Assembly (NCBI GenBank): GCA_964106645.2
Contig: OZ067053.1
Origin: Podarcis pityusensis
Taxonomy: Eukaryota
DNA: 64,000 bases
Direction: 5' to 3' (one strand)
Numbering within the stretch: the stretch's first letter is position 1; every line of letters begins with the position of its first letter. The notes under the pieces are model-generated. The model saw only the letters and a program-made list of their open reading frames with translations, was not told where the DNA came from and made no database searches. A program made the translations under genes and the position numbers. Of this stretch, positions 1 to 12,981 are shown piece by piece.

Positions 1-228
1 CATTTTAGTTTGAACTGTTGTCATGAATCAAACAATAAGCCATTGTAAAATTATGCTTTAAGGTTGTTTTTTTTTAAAAAATGTTTTTAAATCTCTCTGT
101 AGGCCTCTGTTACTGTTTTTAATTCTATGGTATCTTTCACACAGTGGTAGAAGCATATACACTGCATTCTGAAAGTCTTGGTTTCAATTCCTGGTATTTC
201 TCATTAGAATGAGCATGCTGCAGGTGGT

Positions 229-300
229 AGAATCAGTATTGAAAGGGACCTTGGAGGCAATCTAGTTTTAACTTTCTGATCAATGCAGGATCTGCATTGC
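229..300 (-). mobile_element. CR1-type 3' terminal fragment
   Basis: tagaatcagtattgaaagggaccttggaggcaatctagt is the reverse complement of the CR1 3' end (ggtccctt..attcta tail). Degenerate. Confidence 0.5.
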
Positions 301-310
301 TGGACAAGAG

Positions 311-496
311 AACACAGGAAGCTGCCGTATACCCCCTCAGACCAGTGGCCCATGCAACTCAGTATTGGTTGCACTCACTGGCAGCAGCTCTCCAGGAATA
401 CAGGCAGGTATTCTCTCCCAGCCCTACCTGCAGATGCTGGGGATTCAACCTGGGATCTTCTGTATGCAGAGCAGATGCTCCACCGCTGAGCCACCC
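311..496 (-). mobile_element. tRNA-derived squamate SINE (Squam3-like)
   Basis: Reverse complement reads ggtggctcagcggtggagcatctgc...cccaggttgaatccccagcatc (A and B boxes), then the body ggagagctgctgccagt...aatactgag...ggcagcttcctg shared with other copies in the window. Confidence 0.75.
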
Positions 497-2984
497 TTCT
501 CTTACCACAGTATTTCTGACAAATGGCCATCCAGCCTCTGCTTAAATATGTCTGGCAAAAAAAGCCACCCACCCACCCCACTTTCCACAGAGGCTGCTGC
601 AAGTGTGAGTAGACTTTATTAGTCCAGACTGATAAATAGGTAAGACTAAAGATAGCTTCCTAAGTTCTTAGAATGCCAGTGATATGCTTAAACCAAACTA
701 TGGAATTAATTTCAATAAGATCCTATGCATAAATGGATTTAAATAAAGGTTAAATACAAGAGAGAGATACTGACTGTCCACTGGCAGGTCTAATATTAAG
801 GCAGGAAAAGAGGGGCTTTCAGAACTCTATTCAGGCCTTGCTGTGAAACTGACGGGTAGCACACTGAGAAGCGCAAATTACAGTTTTGATTAAATCCTAT
901 TGTCTCTTTCAAAAGCAAGTTGAAGCCTTGTTTTGAAGTGCCTTACCAATCCAGATTTGTTTTAACCTAGATATTTCAAACAAGATTTACATCTAGAGAG
1001 TAAAAGTTCTTTGAACGCTTGCTACAAAAATATATCATCCCTCTGGGCACATGCCATTAAATAAAGATGTGTTCGCTAGTGCACAGGAAAGAAAGGTTTT
1101 TAACAAACTGGCATACACATGATAGACAAAAGAATTACTGTGATACTGATAAAAAGATTTGTGTGTGTGTGTGTAGATAAGCTTTTAAAGTCTCTTAAGC
1201 TAGACTTTGCCCAATCTTTGTGTGAAATTTTCCTTCTCTCAAGGTTTTATAAGTGCAATCTACATCTCATTTGGAAGCAGCAAAGCTGCTTCTAGATGGC
1301 TCTCAGTAAGTGTTCTGAAACTTCCCTAAGTGAAGACGAGAACTATTTTAAGTTTTCCCAAGAGCAATGAAGTCAAAACTTATTTCTGAAAATGATATCA
1401 CTTAATTATTAGATTAAATGCAGTGTATTGACTCCCCCTGTTTTGGTTCTTTAACTTAAGCCATTGTTTTGCTTTTTGTTCTTTTATTGAGTTTTTAAAG
1501 CCTGTACAGTACTTTCCTTATGACTGCTTTATCTCTTTTTCTTTCTCAAATTTTGCCGCTAATGTTCTCCAGTATGCAACGATGTTACTTTGTAGCTTTA
1601 CTTTAAAATACTGGTTTTGGACTCTTATAAACAAAAATTTGTAGAATAATGATGAAATTAGCTTGGGTGATAGAAGCATAAATGATTTAGAGCACACCCA
1701 AACAGGGATATATGTAACCTTTAAAAAAAAAAAAAGAACTATTGCAAAATCCATGAATTACTTAGCAGTTTATTTTGGTAAATTGATATGTGTTAAAAGT
1801 ATTTTGGGTATTAAAGCTAAATGCTACAAAAATGGGAGCCCAGAAGGAAAAGAAAAGTGATAGCACATCTAAATGATGAATCCTTATTTCCCTGAAGAGC
1901 CAGCATGGTCTGAAGTGCATTGTTGAATCCTACATTTATTTATTTTTTAGCCCAGACTTTCACACTAATGGCACAAAGATCTAAAGCAGCCAGTGTGCCT
2001 GGGGATATTAGGGCTGGGGCTTGAATACATATCCTAGTACCTAGTTCAGCCCTTTACTGGCTGAGCATGGCTCTCCCTCTGCCCTTGAAAAGGGGTGTGT
2101 ATACATAGCTCTGGGTGTGTCACTTTTGTATAAGTATATGTCTGGCCTGTGCCACTTTTGCTTATGTTTTCCCTAAGTTCCTATTAGGTTTTTTTTTAAT
2201 GCTCTAAAATTAGCATTTAAATAGGTAACTTGCATTGTTATGAGATGATTCAAGTGCTGACTGCAATGTTTTTCTTTCTTTTTTACAAACAGTAACTGCT
2301 GTAAGCAGTTAGAAAGCCTTTCTGCCACAGCATTCATGTTAAAAATGGCAAATGCCCCCTGGGAGTGATGGGACGTGATAACGTGCCATCTCCCAGGGAT
2401 GTGAGATGGGGAAAAAAGAGTCTCAAAGATGCTCTGCAAGTACAATGCCTAGGTGTCTGGTGCTGGAGTTGGACTGCTATATGTGAAATTAATATCTCTA
2501 CTCAGGAATCAGTTGTCTCAAGTGCCTATCCTCTGCATACTTGGGGGGAAATCTCTTTTATGTAAAAAGGGTGTAAGTTCACATTTTTTAAAATACTAGG
2601 ATTTGAAGGCTGCTTCAGCTTATTCAGTGAAACATTTAGTCTTATCACTGAATTACATGTTCAACGTTCCCTTTATTTCTTTTTCTGAGTAAAATCTGCC
2701 CTGTATATCTTCTTAAGAAGAAATTCGTTTCTCAGACATAGCAATGACCAAAATAGTGTCATTGGTACCCAGGTGGTCACAGATCCAGGCACTGATCAGG
2801 CCTGATTCAACCTCATGATGTTCATACCATATCCTGGTTTGTGGAATGTGTGTGGAATGCCCTTAAAAACTCCAGTCAATATAAGTTATTTGTAAAGAAT
2901 ATAACATTTTCTGATGAGTTTCTTTTTTTAAATTACTCTAATAACTAAGTAGAATTGCGACATCTGAAACTTGAGCGCTGTATC

Positions 2985-3100
2985 TAGGGGCGTTATTGCT
3001 ATGTTTGCTGTAAAGCAGCAGAGGGTCTTGTGGCACTTGAAAGACCAGCAAATTTGTTACGGCATAAGCTTTCATGGACTGCAGTCCACTTTATTGGATT
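2985..3100. mobile_element. Penelope-like element terminal repeat remnant with decayed hammerhead motif
   Basis: gtcttgtggcacttgaaagaccagcaaatttgtt..ggcataagctttcatggactgcagtccactttattggat resembles the reptile Penelope/Neptune pseudo-LTR as recalled. Confidence 0.55.
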
Positions 3101-4753
3101 CAGTAATTGTTATCCTGAGTTATAGGTGTGTATATATGCATTTGGAGGGCTGGGTAGTGTAAAAAGAGAAGTGATTTGAGGGATCCCTCATCACACTTGT
3201 TCAGAAGAAATGTAGGTGTGCCTGCCCGATAGAATCAGTTTGACTATAAGCAAAACCAAGCTCTGGCTCCAGGCAAGCGCAAAAGATGAGATGCTTGTTG
3301 GCTGAGTTATCTGAAACTAATGCATGATGACATGGGCTGCATGGTCATCCAGAACAAGAATATCAGCTTAGGGCTACACTAAGACTGCAGGGATGGCGGT
3401 GTCAGTTCTGATTCCAATTAAGTCCTTGTAAAGATTTTTTTGCGGATAAAGCTTTCTGCTTGACTGTTAAGGTCTTTGTTTTGTATACACTCAGGATGTA
3501 TACACACATTAGATTGGAAAAATATATAGGGAGAACCAGGTTTTTTTTCACGTTTGTTGAAAAGATAGTTATATCACAATTGGCTCTGATATGTTTTATT
3601 GGACCTATTGGCCCGATGAACCATTTTTCTTTCTATTTGCCTTAACCTCAGAGGTCCTACACAGCAATGGTTATCAAAGTCATCTCAGACATAGCTACAG
3701 AGGTGGTAGTGAGATGGCTAGAAATATTGTAGAATTACCATTTTAAAGTTTAGAAACCAGGGGTCATACCATTTTATGGCGTTTTCAAATACTTAGAAGC
3801 AGAAATGGGAAGGGACATGCACAGAATTCATTCTGCACATTGTTTGCCCTTGATGGGGTTTCATGCATATATTTCACTAGGACTCTATAACCGAGTGCCG
3901 AAAGAGAGCATGTGAAGCTGCCCTATGTCTGCGTCTGGACAGCTGTTAGCAACGGAAGATTTCCTTGTGTAGTCAAGATTCAGAGGGTGGTGTCTTGAGA
4001 AAACTACCTCTATATGCAGCTATAATTTCTGGGTGCTACACCTCAATGACTATTTTGGATTATCTGCAGTACGTTGTGTGTGCTGCTGTTGAATAGGAAT
4101 GTGCAGTAAAATTTCTGCAAGGTCATTTCATTGTTGTGAATAGTTAGTTGTGGCTTTACTCTGGTCAGACTGTGAGCCATATAAATTCTGCATCACCTGT
4201 TAATTATGATAACATTATGCAGTTGTGGAGCAATGTAAAGAGTTTTTGACATGTCCCAGCACTCCCTCTATTGGGACACAACTGTCAGCTTGTATGCTAC
4301 TTTCAGCAACATTGGTATAGAGAGGGAGTTCAGAAATACGTCTGAGTCCCCACAAAGATTGTGCACTGTGCATTAGTATTGCTGAAGTTTGCTTTTTCCA
4401 GATAACATGTTCCAGACTCCTGTACTTACAGGATATGCACACCTTTGCACCTCCCCCCCCCGCACATAAAATGTCCCACATTGCTTGTGATTCTATTGTG
4501 TACCGTTGAATTGGTCTGCCTTTTCTTGGCAAGTTTGTTGCTAGAGTTGATTAACAAAACATGTCCATAGCTAGCTGTTTCCTTCAGAAAGTTATCTTAG
4601 GGTCATGTTAAGAAGTCAATTAATCTTGAATTCTAAACTTGGAACAAAAGCTCCAGAGTGTGATTCTGAGACTTTGCTTTGTCAGTACAAAGAATACAGT
4701 TTTAGGGCAATATTAAGCCACCACATTATGGCACTATTTAATTTATCAATATA

Positions 4754-4945
4754 CAGTCGTACCTTGGTTGTCGAATGCCTTTGTACTTGGATGTTTTGGC
4801 TCCTGAACGCCGCAAACCTGGAAGTGAATGTTCCAGTTTGCGAAAGTATTTTGGAAGCCGAATGTCCGACATGGCCTCCATGGCTTCCGATTGAGTGCAG
4901 GAAGCTCCTGCAGCCAATCGGAAGCCACACCTTGGTTCTAAAACA
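4754..4945. mobile_element. Truncated Tc1/mariner (pogo/Tigger-like) non-autonomous element
   Basis: TA + cagtcgtaccttgg TIR. Internal gcaaacctggaagt...ttccagtttgcgaa is shared with the element at 45279. Internal palindrome at 4881-4927. The right TIR is missing. Confidence 0.7.
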
Positions 4946-5044
4946 TACCATCTCTCTCTCTCCTGCCCCCCCATATCTTTCAAAAAAAGAGGAACATCAA
5001 TGATTTAAGCATTTATTGGTTAGATAAAATAATAAAAAAGCTGC

Positions 5045-5165
5045 TTTATTTATTTAAGGTATTATTACGTTGCTATCCAGCTGAAAAAAAAGACTCCCAG
5101 AGCAGTTTACAGCAATCAATAATAAGATTGTCCCTGCCCTCAGGCTTACAATCTAAAAGACACAG
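5045..5165 (-). mobile_element. L2-like LINE 3' tail fragment
   Basis: Reverse complement contains tagattgtaagcctgagggcagggac and ends in (taaa)n, typical of L2-clade tails. Confidence 0.5.
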
Positions 5166-5244
5166 CCCCAAAGGAAGAAGAGATTGGGAGGGTAGAGAAC
5201 TGAAGCCAACTCAGGCACATGTTCAAAGGCTTGTGTGCTCCTTA

Positions 5245-5421
5245 TACCTTTTAAAGTACATTTGAAGCACATTTTACCCCTTAAAAAAGTCTGGATACAG
5301 CACTTTACCCCTCACAGAGTTAAAATTCCTAGTAGCCCTTAACAAACTACAGTGCCCATAATTCTTTGAGCAGGTAAATGTGTTTTGAATGTGCTATAAA
5401 ATATAGTGTGAATGCAGCCTT
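5245..5421. mobile_element. Decayed palindromic MITE
   Basis: Imperfect inverted arms: tttaaagtacatttgaagcacattttacc and ggtaaatgtgttttgaatgtgctataaa. Ends in gtgtgaatgcagcc. Confidence 0.5.
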
Positions 5422-5800
5422 AGTGTAGCTGCCTGCAGCTTCTCCTTCTCTAGCTAATAGATGAGGCCAGGCTGGTCTGTTGCCATGATGTTTTTCCTGG
5501 AAGGCAAGGGGAGCAGCCTCCCAGGGGTCCTTAGTCTCCTGGCTGAGGGCCTTGTTCGTGCTTGTATATTTAGAAGTTTTGTCACCCATGCTGTCAACGT
5601 GCTGCATATCTGTTGAGTTTCTGGTCCAGGTCTAGTTGCCATGGAAAATGTATTGGGATTTTGAACAGAACTTCAGCATATGCATAAACTGTCTTAGGCT
5701 GGGGAAAGCCACCTTGAAGGTCCACATGAAGAAATGTAGGATGATAATCATCCAATCAATAATAAAAAGGTTAAGTAATATGAATATAAGAGCATGAAAA

Positions 5801-5973
5801 GGGCAATAGTTCAGTGGTACAGGCATCTGTGTGCTGGAAGACACAGGTTCAATCTGCGACATCTCAAGGTAGAATTGGCAAAAAAAACATGTTTGGAACC
5901 ATGGAAAACTGCTGCCAGTCAGTATTGAGAAGATATTGAGCTAGATGAACTAGTGGCCTGGAGACAGCTTCAT
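5801..5973 (+). mobile_element. tRNA-derived SINE (Squam3-like)
   Basis: A box tagttcagtgg, B box ggttcaatc, body ctgctgccagtcagt...tattgagctagatg...cagcttc. Confidence 0.7.
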
Positions 5974-8556
5974 CTGCTGGATGTTCCTTTAGTCTAGCAT
6001 GCGTTCCCACTGAAGGCAATCAGAGAGATGCATCCAGGAAGTTGTTGCTTCCCATCAGTTGGCATTCAGGGGCAAACTGCCCCTGAAGGTGAATGCTGCA
6101 TATATCCATTGTGACCAGTAGCCATTAATAGCAAACAAACAAACAAACAAACAAACAAACACACACATCTTTTAAGGTATCTGCGCTGATGGCCATCACC
6201 ACATCCTTTTGGCAGTGAGTTCCACAAATCAAATCACATGATGTGTAAACAGGGCTGTATGTGCTCTTTAATATTGCCTATCTTGGTAATCCAAATTCAT
6301 CCGCTGAAAAACAAATCCTTCAAATTGAGATGTGTAGGATTATTTTGCCTTAGTTGGTTCTGTGTCTTCTGACTGGTGATGACCAGTGGCACTGAAGCCT
6401 CTGAAGATAGTCTTCTTGAGCAACTTTGTGGCTGGCTTCTGAGTTTTCAGGAGACATTGCCCAGACACTTTCAAACAGACCTGCGCAGTCTGACTTACCT
6501 TCCCTTAAGAATTTCAGTTGTCTTATCTAAAGCAGTTGTACCAAACACTGGCTTGTGGATTGTCTGGGATTGTGCAGAATTGCAGCAAACACACACACAG
6601 CCCTCAAAATGTAGCAGACCTTTTTTGTTCACGCACTAACTGTCAGAGAGTATACCTTGCTACAGAACATTCTTTTCCTCTTTTGACTCTTAACAGAGCT
6701 TCCCCTGTGTTTCATTGGATGTCAGTAGAAAGGCTCATCCACCTGTCATCACACCATCCCAAGTACCACTTCAGAGAGTGAAGTCTGTGTCTCTCTAGAA
6801 TCTGCTCTAATGCCGCCAGGAGGTGAAAGCACCTTCTGCTTCCATCCACAGACCTTGGTTTATTTCCTTTGTTAAAAGAGGCATCTTGGCATTTCATAAT
6901 ACACTGGACGCATTTCACCATAGGATATTCAGTAGTTTGGTGAGTTTTAAAGAGACACTGCTAGGTTGATGGCATTTAGTCATGGAAGGTCTGGTTCCTG
7001 CAGGATGTTAAAAAGGTATGAAATATTTAAATAGAATGATGAAGAGCCTTTTGTTTACTGAGTATAGAATTGGACTTAGGAGCTGGATACAGTGGAGGTT
7101 GAGGTAGCCTCAAGCATCATTTAATTAAGTTGTCTGGAGCATTATCATCCTCTTGAGTCTACTCCCATATGTTAGTGGGCTGTGTAGCCCCATACAGATA
7201 TGTTTTAGTATGAGGTTTGCATCTTGCTGACTGGGTTAGTTACTAGTGGCTGTGGTCCATGGCAATAGTACTCAACTCCTTAGCGTGGATCTCCTTTTCT
7301 TTTTCTTTTGCACAGTTGCTGTGGTGGTCCTGGTGACAGTGACCGTTCATCTGAAAGACACCCATACACCCACACAACCACCCACACAACCCCCCCCCCC
7401 ACTGTTACACATAAAGCAAATTAAGAAATGGGTTCTCAAATGCATGCTTGGATTAAAGATGGGTCCTGGGTCTGAAAGGACTACTGCTCCAAAATGCTGA
7501 AACATTACTTGGGTACCGTGTTATAAAAACCCTCCCCCTCCATGGTATATTGTTTTAACAACTTAATCCAAACTACATTTCAGATGGTTGTATGTAAAAA
7601 TGTAAGCGTACATCATGAAATGAATGCTTTTGTAGTACGTGGATAAAGATGATGAGAGTTGGTGATAAATAGGAATGGAGAGGAGAGGACAGTACAATGC
7701 TGAAGGCAAGTGAAAAAAAGCAAATAAAAGATTCATTGTTTTGAATAGTTATACAAACAGCATTTCAAGGGAAGCCAACAACAGCTAAGCATGAAAATCT
7801 ACTGGGGCAGAGGAGCATAATAATGAGACTGTGGAGCAGTTTCTTTTTAATAGCTTCCAGGTTAAAGGCAGATGAGACAGTTTAGGCCCTTCCACAATCT
7901 ATTTATTGTATGCATCGTATTAGACTTATTAGAAGGCAGTTTATTGGATTGTGTTTGTCTTCCCCCACACCCTTGTTTAACATGTCAACATTTTCTATCT
8001 TCTTAATACAAGAGAAAATGTCATTGCTTAATCAGAGGTGCTAACAGTTTTCTTCTGGATGTAAATTTGCTTGTTGTGTAACAGGAATGCATTAGTCTTA
8101 GCAAAAGTATAAGAAAATGAAAGGCAGCGAGAAGTAGCTCCATTGTTACCACTCCAGGCGTGTCTAATGAATCGTGTTTCCATGTTCCCTCGATCATGCT
8201 GCGGAGTGCCCTTAGCAGGGCTAAGTCTTCTGTAAAATGCTCTTTAAGATTATTGTTGAAAGCACAGAAACGCTGGATGGGTGTTTGGTGGTAGTGGTGG
8301 AGGGAATGTTAATGAGGCAACTGCATTTCAGTCAGTACAGCTGCTGGGATTTCTTGCCATGGCTGGAGCAGCAGTGACAGACAACTGTTCCAGCTCAGCA
8401 TAAAGCCCTTTTCTCAGGGACGCAGGTTGTCAGATACTTGGTTGGCAATGCTCCTTTATAACTATACGGTTGTGTTTTGTTTTTTTAAAAAACTCTTGTG
8501 CTGGAGAAGCAAAGAAAATAAATGCCTGGCTGGGAAGGGTCTACTACTTAGAAACC

Positions 8557-8600
8557 CATAGAACCGTAGAGTTGGAAGGGACCCGAAGGGTCATCTAGTC
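8557..8600 (-). mobile_element. CR1 3' tail fragment
   Basis: catagaaccgtagagttggaagggacccgaagggtcatctagtc; homologous to 43300-43345 (+) and 56352-56420 (-). Confidence 0.65.
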
Positions 8601-9149
8601 ACCAGGAGTAAAAGTAGCCATGCCTTCAACAACAACAACAACACCAGCAACAACCACCACCACCACAACAACAACCACCACCCCACAGATTTTTGTTTTG
8701 ATTTTTGCTCTGCTTGTATTAATGCCCATATGAACTGTATGTGTGCTTTCAAAAATATTTTGATTCGTAGTGGTTTTGTCAGTGGAATCAGATGTGGCCT
8801 GTGATTTGATGGCGGGTTGTTGTTGTTTTGTTTGTTTGCATGCATGGGAAGGCCGTGGGGGAAAATATACAATTTTATGTGTAATCATTTTGTTGGATTC
8901 AGTGTATGTCTCTCTGTGTTCACACACATGCTTGTCATAATTCAAGGGTAGGTTTGGTCTTATGTTCATTAGTTCTCATAGCTGTTTTTGAGAGGAGAGA
9001 CAAAATGAGGACACTTCAGTTATGAGTTTTGGACTGTCTTCTTTTGATGATGAAGGGAAATCTCATAGTTAAAGTTTAAAGGTGTGTCCACTTTTCCTTA
9101 ATGCTCTAGTCCAGGTAGCGTTGCAAGAGCTTACCTCTGCAAACATTCA

Positions 9150-9265
9150 TGCAGGGATGAGTGGCTGTGTCCCTCCAGTGGTGTTGGACGCCAACTCCCA
9201 ACCAGCATGATCAATGGTCATTTGTAGTCCAGCAATATTTGGAGGACCACAGGTTGTTGAATTAG
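9150..9265. mobile_element. Decayed palindromic MITE (same family as 36706)
   Basis: ccctccagtggtgttggacgccaactccc ... tgtagtccagcaatatttggagg inverted arms. Confidence 0.55.
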
Positions 9266-10442
9266 AGCTAAATATGTTCTGATAACCATTTTGTCGTTTG
9301 TATTGCTGAAAACAGTAGAAGCTGTTACTATCTACATGTTGGGAGATGTGAATGGCATTGCTAGTGCTATAGCAATGTTGAATGAATGGTGTGCAATAGG
9401 CTTCCATTTGTTTTTGATTACAAGCTTATTTTTATATTGTGTTTCCCCTCAGATTTAAAAGGCTTTGTGTAGATAGTTGTGCACAACTTCTTTTAAAAAA
9501 GAGGTTGTTTCACACTAGCTGGAGGTTACAGACTGGCCAAGCGGTTCAATTTCTTGAGCGTTTTGAGTGACTGCACTGTAAACTGTATTTGCAAGAGTGT
9601 CAAAACAAACAGTGCATTTTAGTACTGATGGTTTGTGGTTGTACAAAGGAAGGTACTTCCTCAGTTCTGAGGAGAACTGATGCCACATTTCTTTAGCTAT
9701 GACCTGTGTAAGGACATCAGAGCAGGAAGTATGATTGCACCTGGTATAGTATCAAGTCCATTTAGTCACTAAGGACTTTGAACACAAATCTTACAGGAGA
9801 ATCAATGGCGATGTAACAATGATCGATCAATAGCATTGCATTTAATTAGATATTTTATGGCCTTAATGCAGTATTTCAGAATCAATGTAGCATTGCACTC
9901 CTTTGCTGCTTTTTCGTATGTCAATTTCCAGGACACATTGATACATCTGCATTTGTCACTAAACGGCTTCACTGTAGACAAATTTAATCTAAAATGAAAT
10001 GAAAGCTTTAGTATAGGCTTTCGGTAATTGAATTTTTGATATATTTATTTAATGTAGACATTTGCCAGTGAATTGGATTTTTAAATTGATTTTTAAAAAA
10101 GAAAACCAGGAAGAAGTGATACTGTAGGAAAAAGGAGCCCCAAACCCTGCTTACCACATAACTCCTCCTGTAGTTGCTTACTTCCTTGTCACAGGCACCC
10201 TCCTATCTTTCGGTAGAACAGAGCAATAAATTGATTTCCAGTCATTTTTAATGGTGAAACAACTAGTATTATCCTACAGAGTATGTTCCCCTTCATATTC
10301 ACAGTGGCCAATATGGTTAGAGTACTCAATGTTCAGAGTGATAAGGTTTAATTAGTCCTGCTGTGGGAGGTAGAAAAGCTCTGTATTTTAGCCTTCCTCA
10401 CATGCATGCAGATTTCTTGTTTAAGGGTTGAAGTACATGTTA

Positions 10443-10627
10443 CAGTTATACCTCGTGTTGCGTTAGGTTCATGTTGTGTCTTTTCGGCTTGCAAACGCGG
10501 CTTCGCACATGCACAGAAGTGCTCTATCATGCTCTGCGCTTGCGCAGATGCGCCACTCTAATTGCGGACTTTTCGGGGTGTGAACGGCACCCCGGAATGG
10601 ATCGTGTCCGCACTAGAGGTACCACTG
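10443..10627. mobile_element. Tc1/mariner (Tigger-like) MITE, 185 bp, TA TSD
   Basis: TA|cagttatacctcg ... tagaggtaccactg|TA. CpG-rich interior. Reverse-complement homologue at 58553-58741. Confidence 0.85.
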
Positions 10628-12654
10628 TACATGAGAAATATATGAGCAGAATTCCCAACGTTTTGCTTTTTACTTGAAAGCAGGTAGGGATGTATGTATG
10701 GAATGCCCTAATTTTGATAGAGGCAGTGGCATTGGGGAAGGGTGGAGCTAATACTATATGGTAGAAGTGGTATTATATCAGATAAATGGTGTGGGAGAAA
10801 GGTTTAAGCCCACTTTTCCCCAGGAACATTGCCCTGATCAAATAAGAGCCCCATTCCATTCCGAGCTACTTTCAAATAATTTTACTTAATTTTCAAAATA
10901 AGGTTTGAGGGAAGCAGAATGGTGCATGTAAAATAGTGAAATGTACTTTAGATTTTCTGGAGCGAAACATTTTTTGCCCCCCCTTTTTTTTCTTTTTGGT
11001 GTACAGTGCAGGAAGATGGATTTTCTTTAGTGATATCCTCCAGAGCAGTTCAAATGCGTAGTAATTTTTGCATTCCCATACCCCATCAATAGATTGTTTG
11101 AAGTCTTTATTAGCATATACCTGTTTTCCTTACTATAAATGCTTCTGCTATTCATTCTACTGGGAATTACTTGAGTATTCCCACATGCAACTTAATTATA
11201 TCGTATTATATTTATATTACTTGTAATATAATATGTTTATTATACTGTCTAATTAATGCAATATGTTATTTGCTTTCTGTTTTCCCCATGGGGTCTCTTA
11301 TATCTGTTTCTGTCTTGCCCCAGCTTCCTGCAGGTGGTACTTGGGCAGGGAGGGAGAAGAATCTGCGCAGTAAAATGTTCATATATTTTAGCGAAGGGGG
11401 GAAGTAAAGAATTGTGAGGGGCACAAAATTGGTTTTTGGCTTTTGTATGTGAGAGAGATTACTAGGAATGTTAAAAACAAAGGTTATATGCACCTGTAAC
11501 CAAGGTTTTTAAAAAAGCCCCTTTGAGTGTTTTCACTATTCATTTACTGAAACGTATTAACAATCTGAGCCAGTTAGACACAATGATCTCCAGGCGACGG
11601 TAGCTTGGCACTGCAAAAGTCTGAGAATGGACCAACCAAAGGAGCAGAAGCTGAAAGTGCCATCTCCTATAAGTGTTCTCCCATAAAATGAAACTTGCAA
11701 GGCACTTTTTGAACATTTGCATGCTTTTGAGGTGTTTGCTTTTCAGCTGAAGCCAAACCGATTAACGTAAACAAATTTGTGAAGCGGGGGGGGGGGGAGC
11801 CCCTCCCTCGTTTTTGGCTTCCTCCAGAGTTACCATTCGTGCCTGCTTTTTTCTTGTCAACACCACACACCCATCATTATTATATTATTAAAATGTATGT
11901 ATTGCCTAATGCAAGATGCCCCTGGCTGACAATTAAAACAGAGCATGGAGCACTACAAGGTACATAATAGTAATCAACACCAACAACAGAATTCCAATTC
12001 AAACAGAAGACTGAATGCAAAACAACTAAACCTATTTCTGTTTTCCCCTTCTCTCCTCAGTTCTATACCTTTTCCATCTCTTCTCAGTCTCTTGCCTCCT
12101 TCACCCAGCCATCTTTTCCTCAGAATTCTATTTGTCAGCATGCAGTTTCCTTGATCATTCTACCTTCAGTTACCTTGTCTTTGGGCTCCCTAGCCCTCAG
12201 CTTGACTACTCTTCCCGCTTGGTTACTTATTCTTAAATTGCTTTTTTTAAAAATAACAACAACAACAACAACCCAGTTATCTTGCTTCTGTTTTCATTTT
12301 GTGTCACTTGCAGAAATCACATAATGTGCTTTCACTCATTTTTTTGTCATAGTGCGTATTGTTAAAGGCCATAACCTCTTTATATGTGTGAAATGTGTGA
12401 ATGCATAAAGTGGAGTTAAGCACTTCAGTTTACCTGGTTTTAGGATCATTTTAATTTGAATGGCAATCCCTCTTGGTCAGCTTGCTTCACCTCAAATAAC
12501 TTGCTTCACTCATCCCATAAAGTTTGCATAAACCTGAAATAGGCTTTCTATTAAACTGGGAGGAGGATGGGTACCTTGTTACAGTTGATTTATAACTGAA
12601 GCAGTTGGTAGTACTGTAATGCATATTGGTACTTGCTTCGGTAAACAGGAAGAC

Positions 12655-12792
12655 CAACCCTCACTAATCTGGTGCCCTCCAGATGTTTTGGAATATAGCT
12701 CCCATAATCCCCTGGCGCTAGTCAGCATGGCCAGTGGTCAGGGATTAAGGCAATTGTAGTCTGATACTTTGGGATGACTCCAGCTTGGGATA
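12655..12792. mobile_element. Decayed palindromic MITE ~100 nt upstream of exon 3
   Basis: ccctccagatgttttggaatatagctcccataatccc...ggccagtggtcagggattaaggcaattgtagtc; same family as 36706-36841. Confidence 0.65.
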
Positions 12793-12870
12793 GTCCTTCT
12801 AAAAACCCAGCTGCATTATGTTTTCATTTACTTGAATGATTAAACCCTCTTCTCGTTTTCTGGATGATAG

Positions 12871-12981
<111 letters not shown>

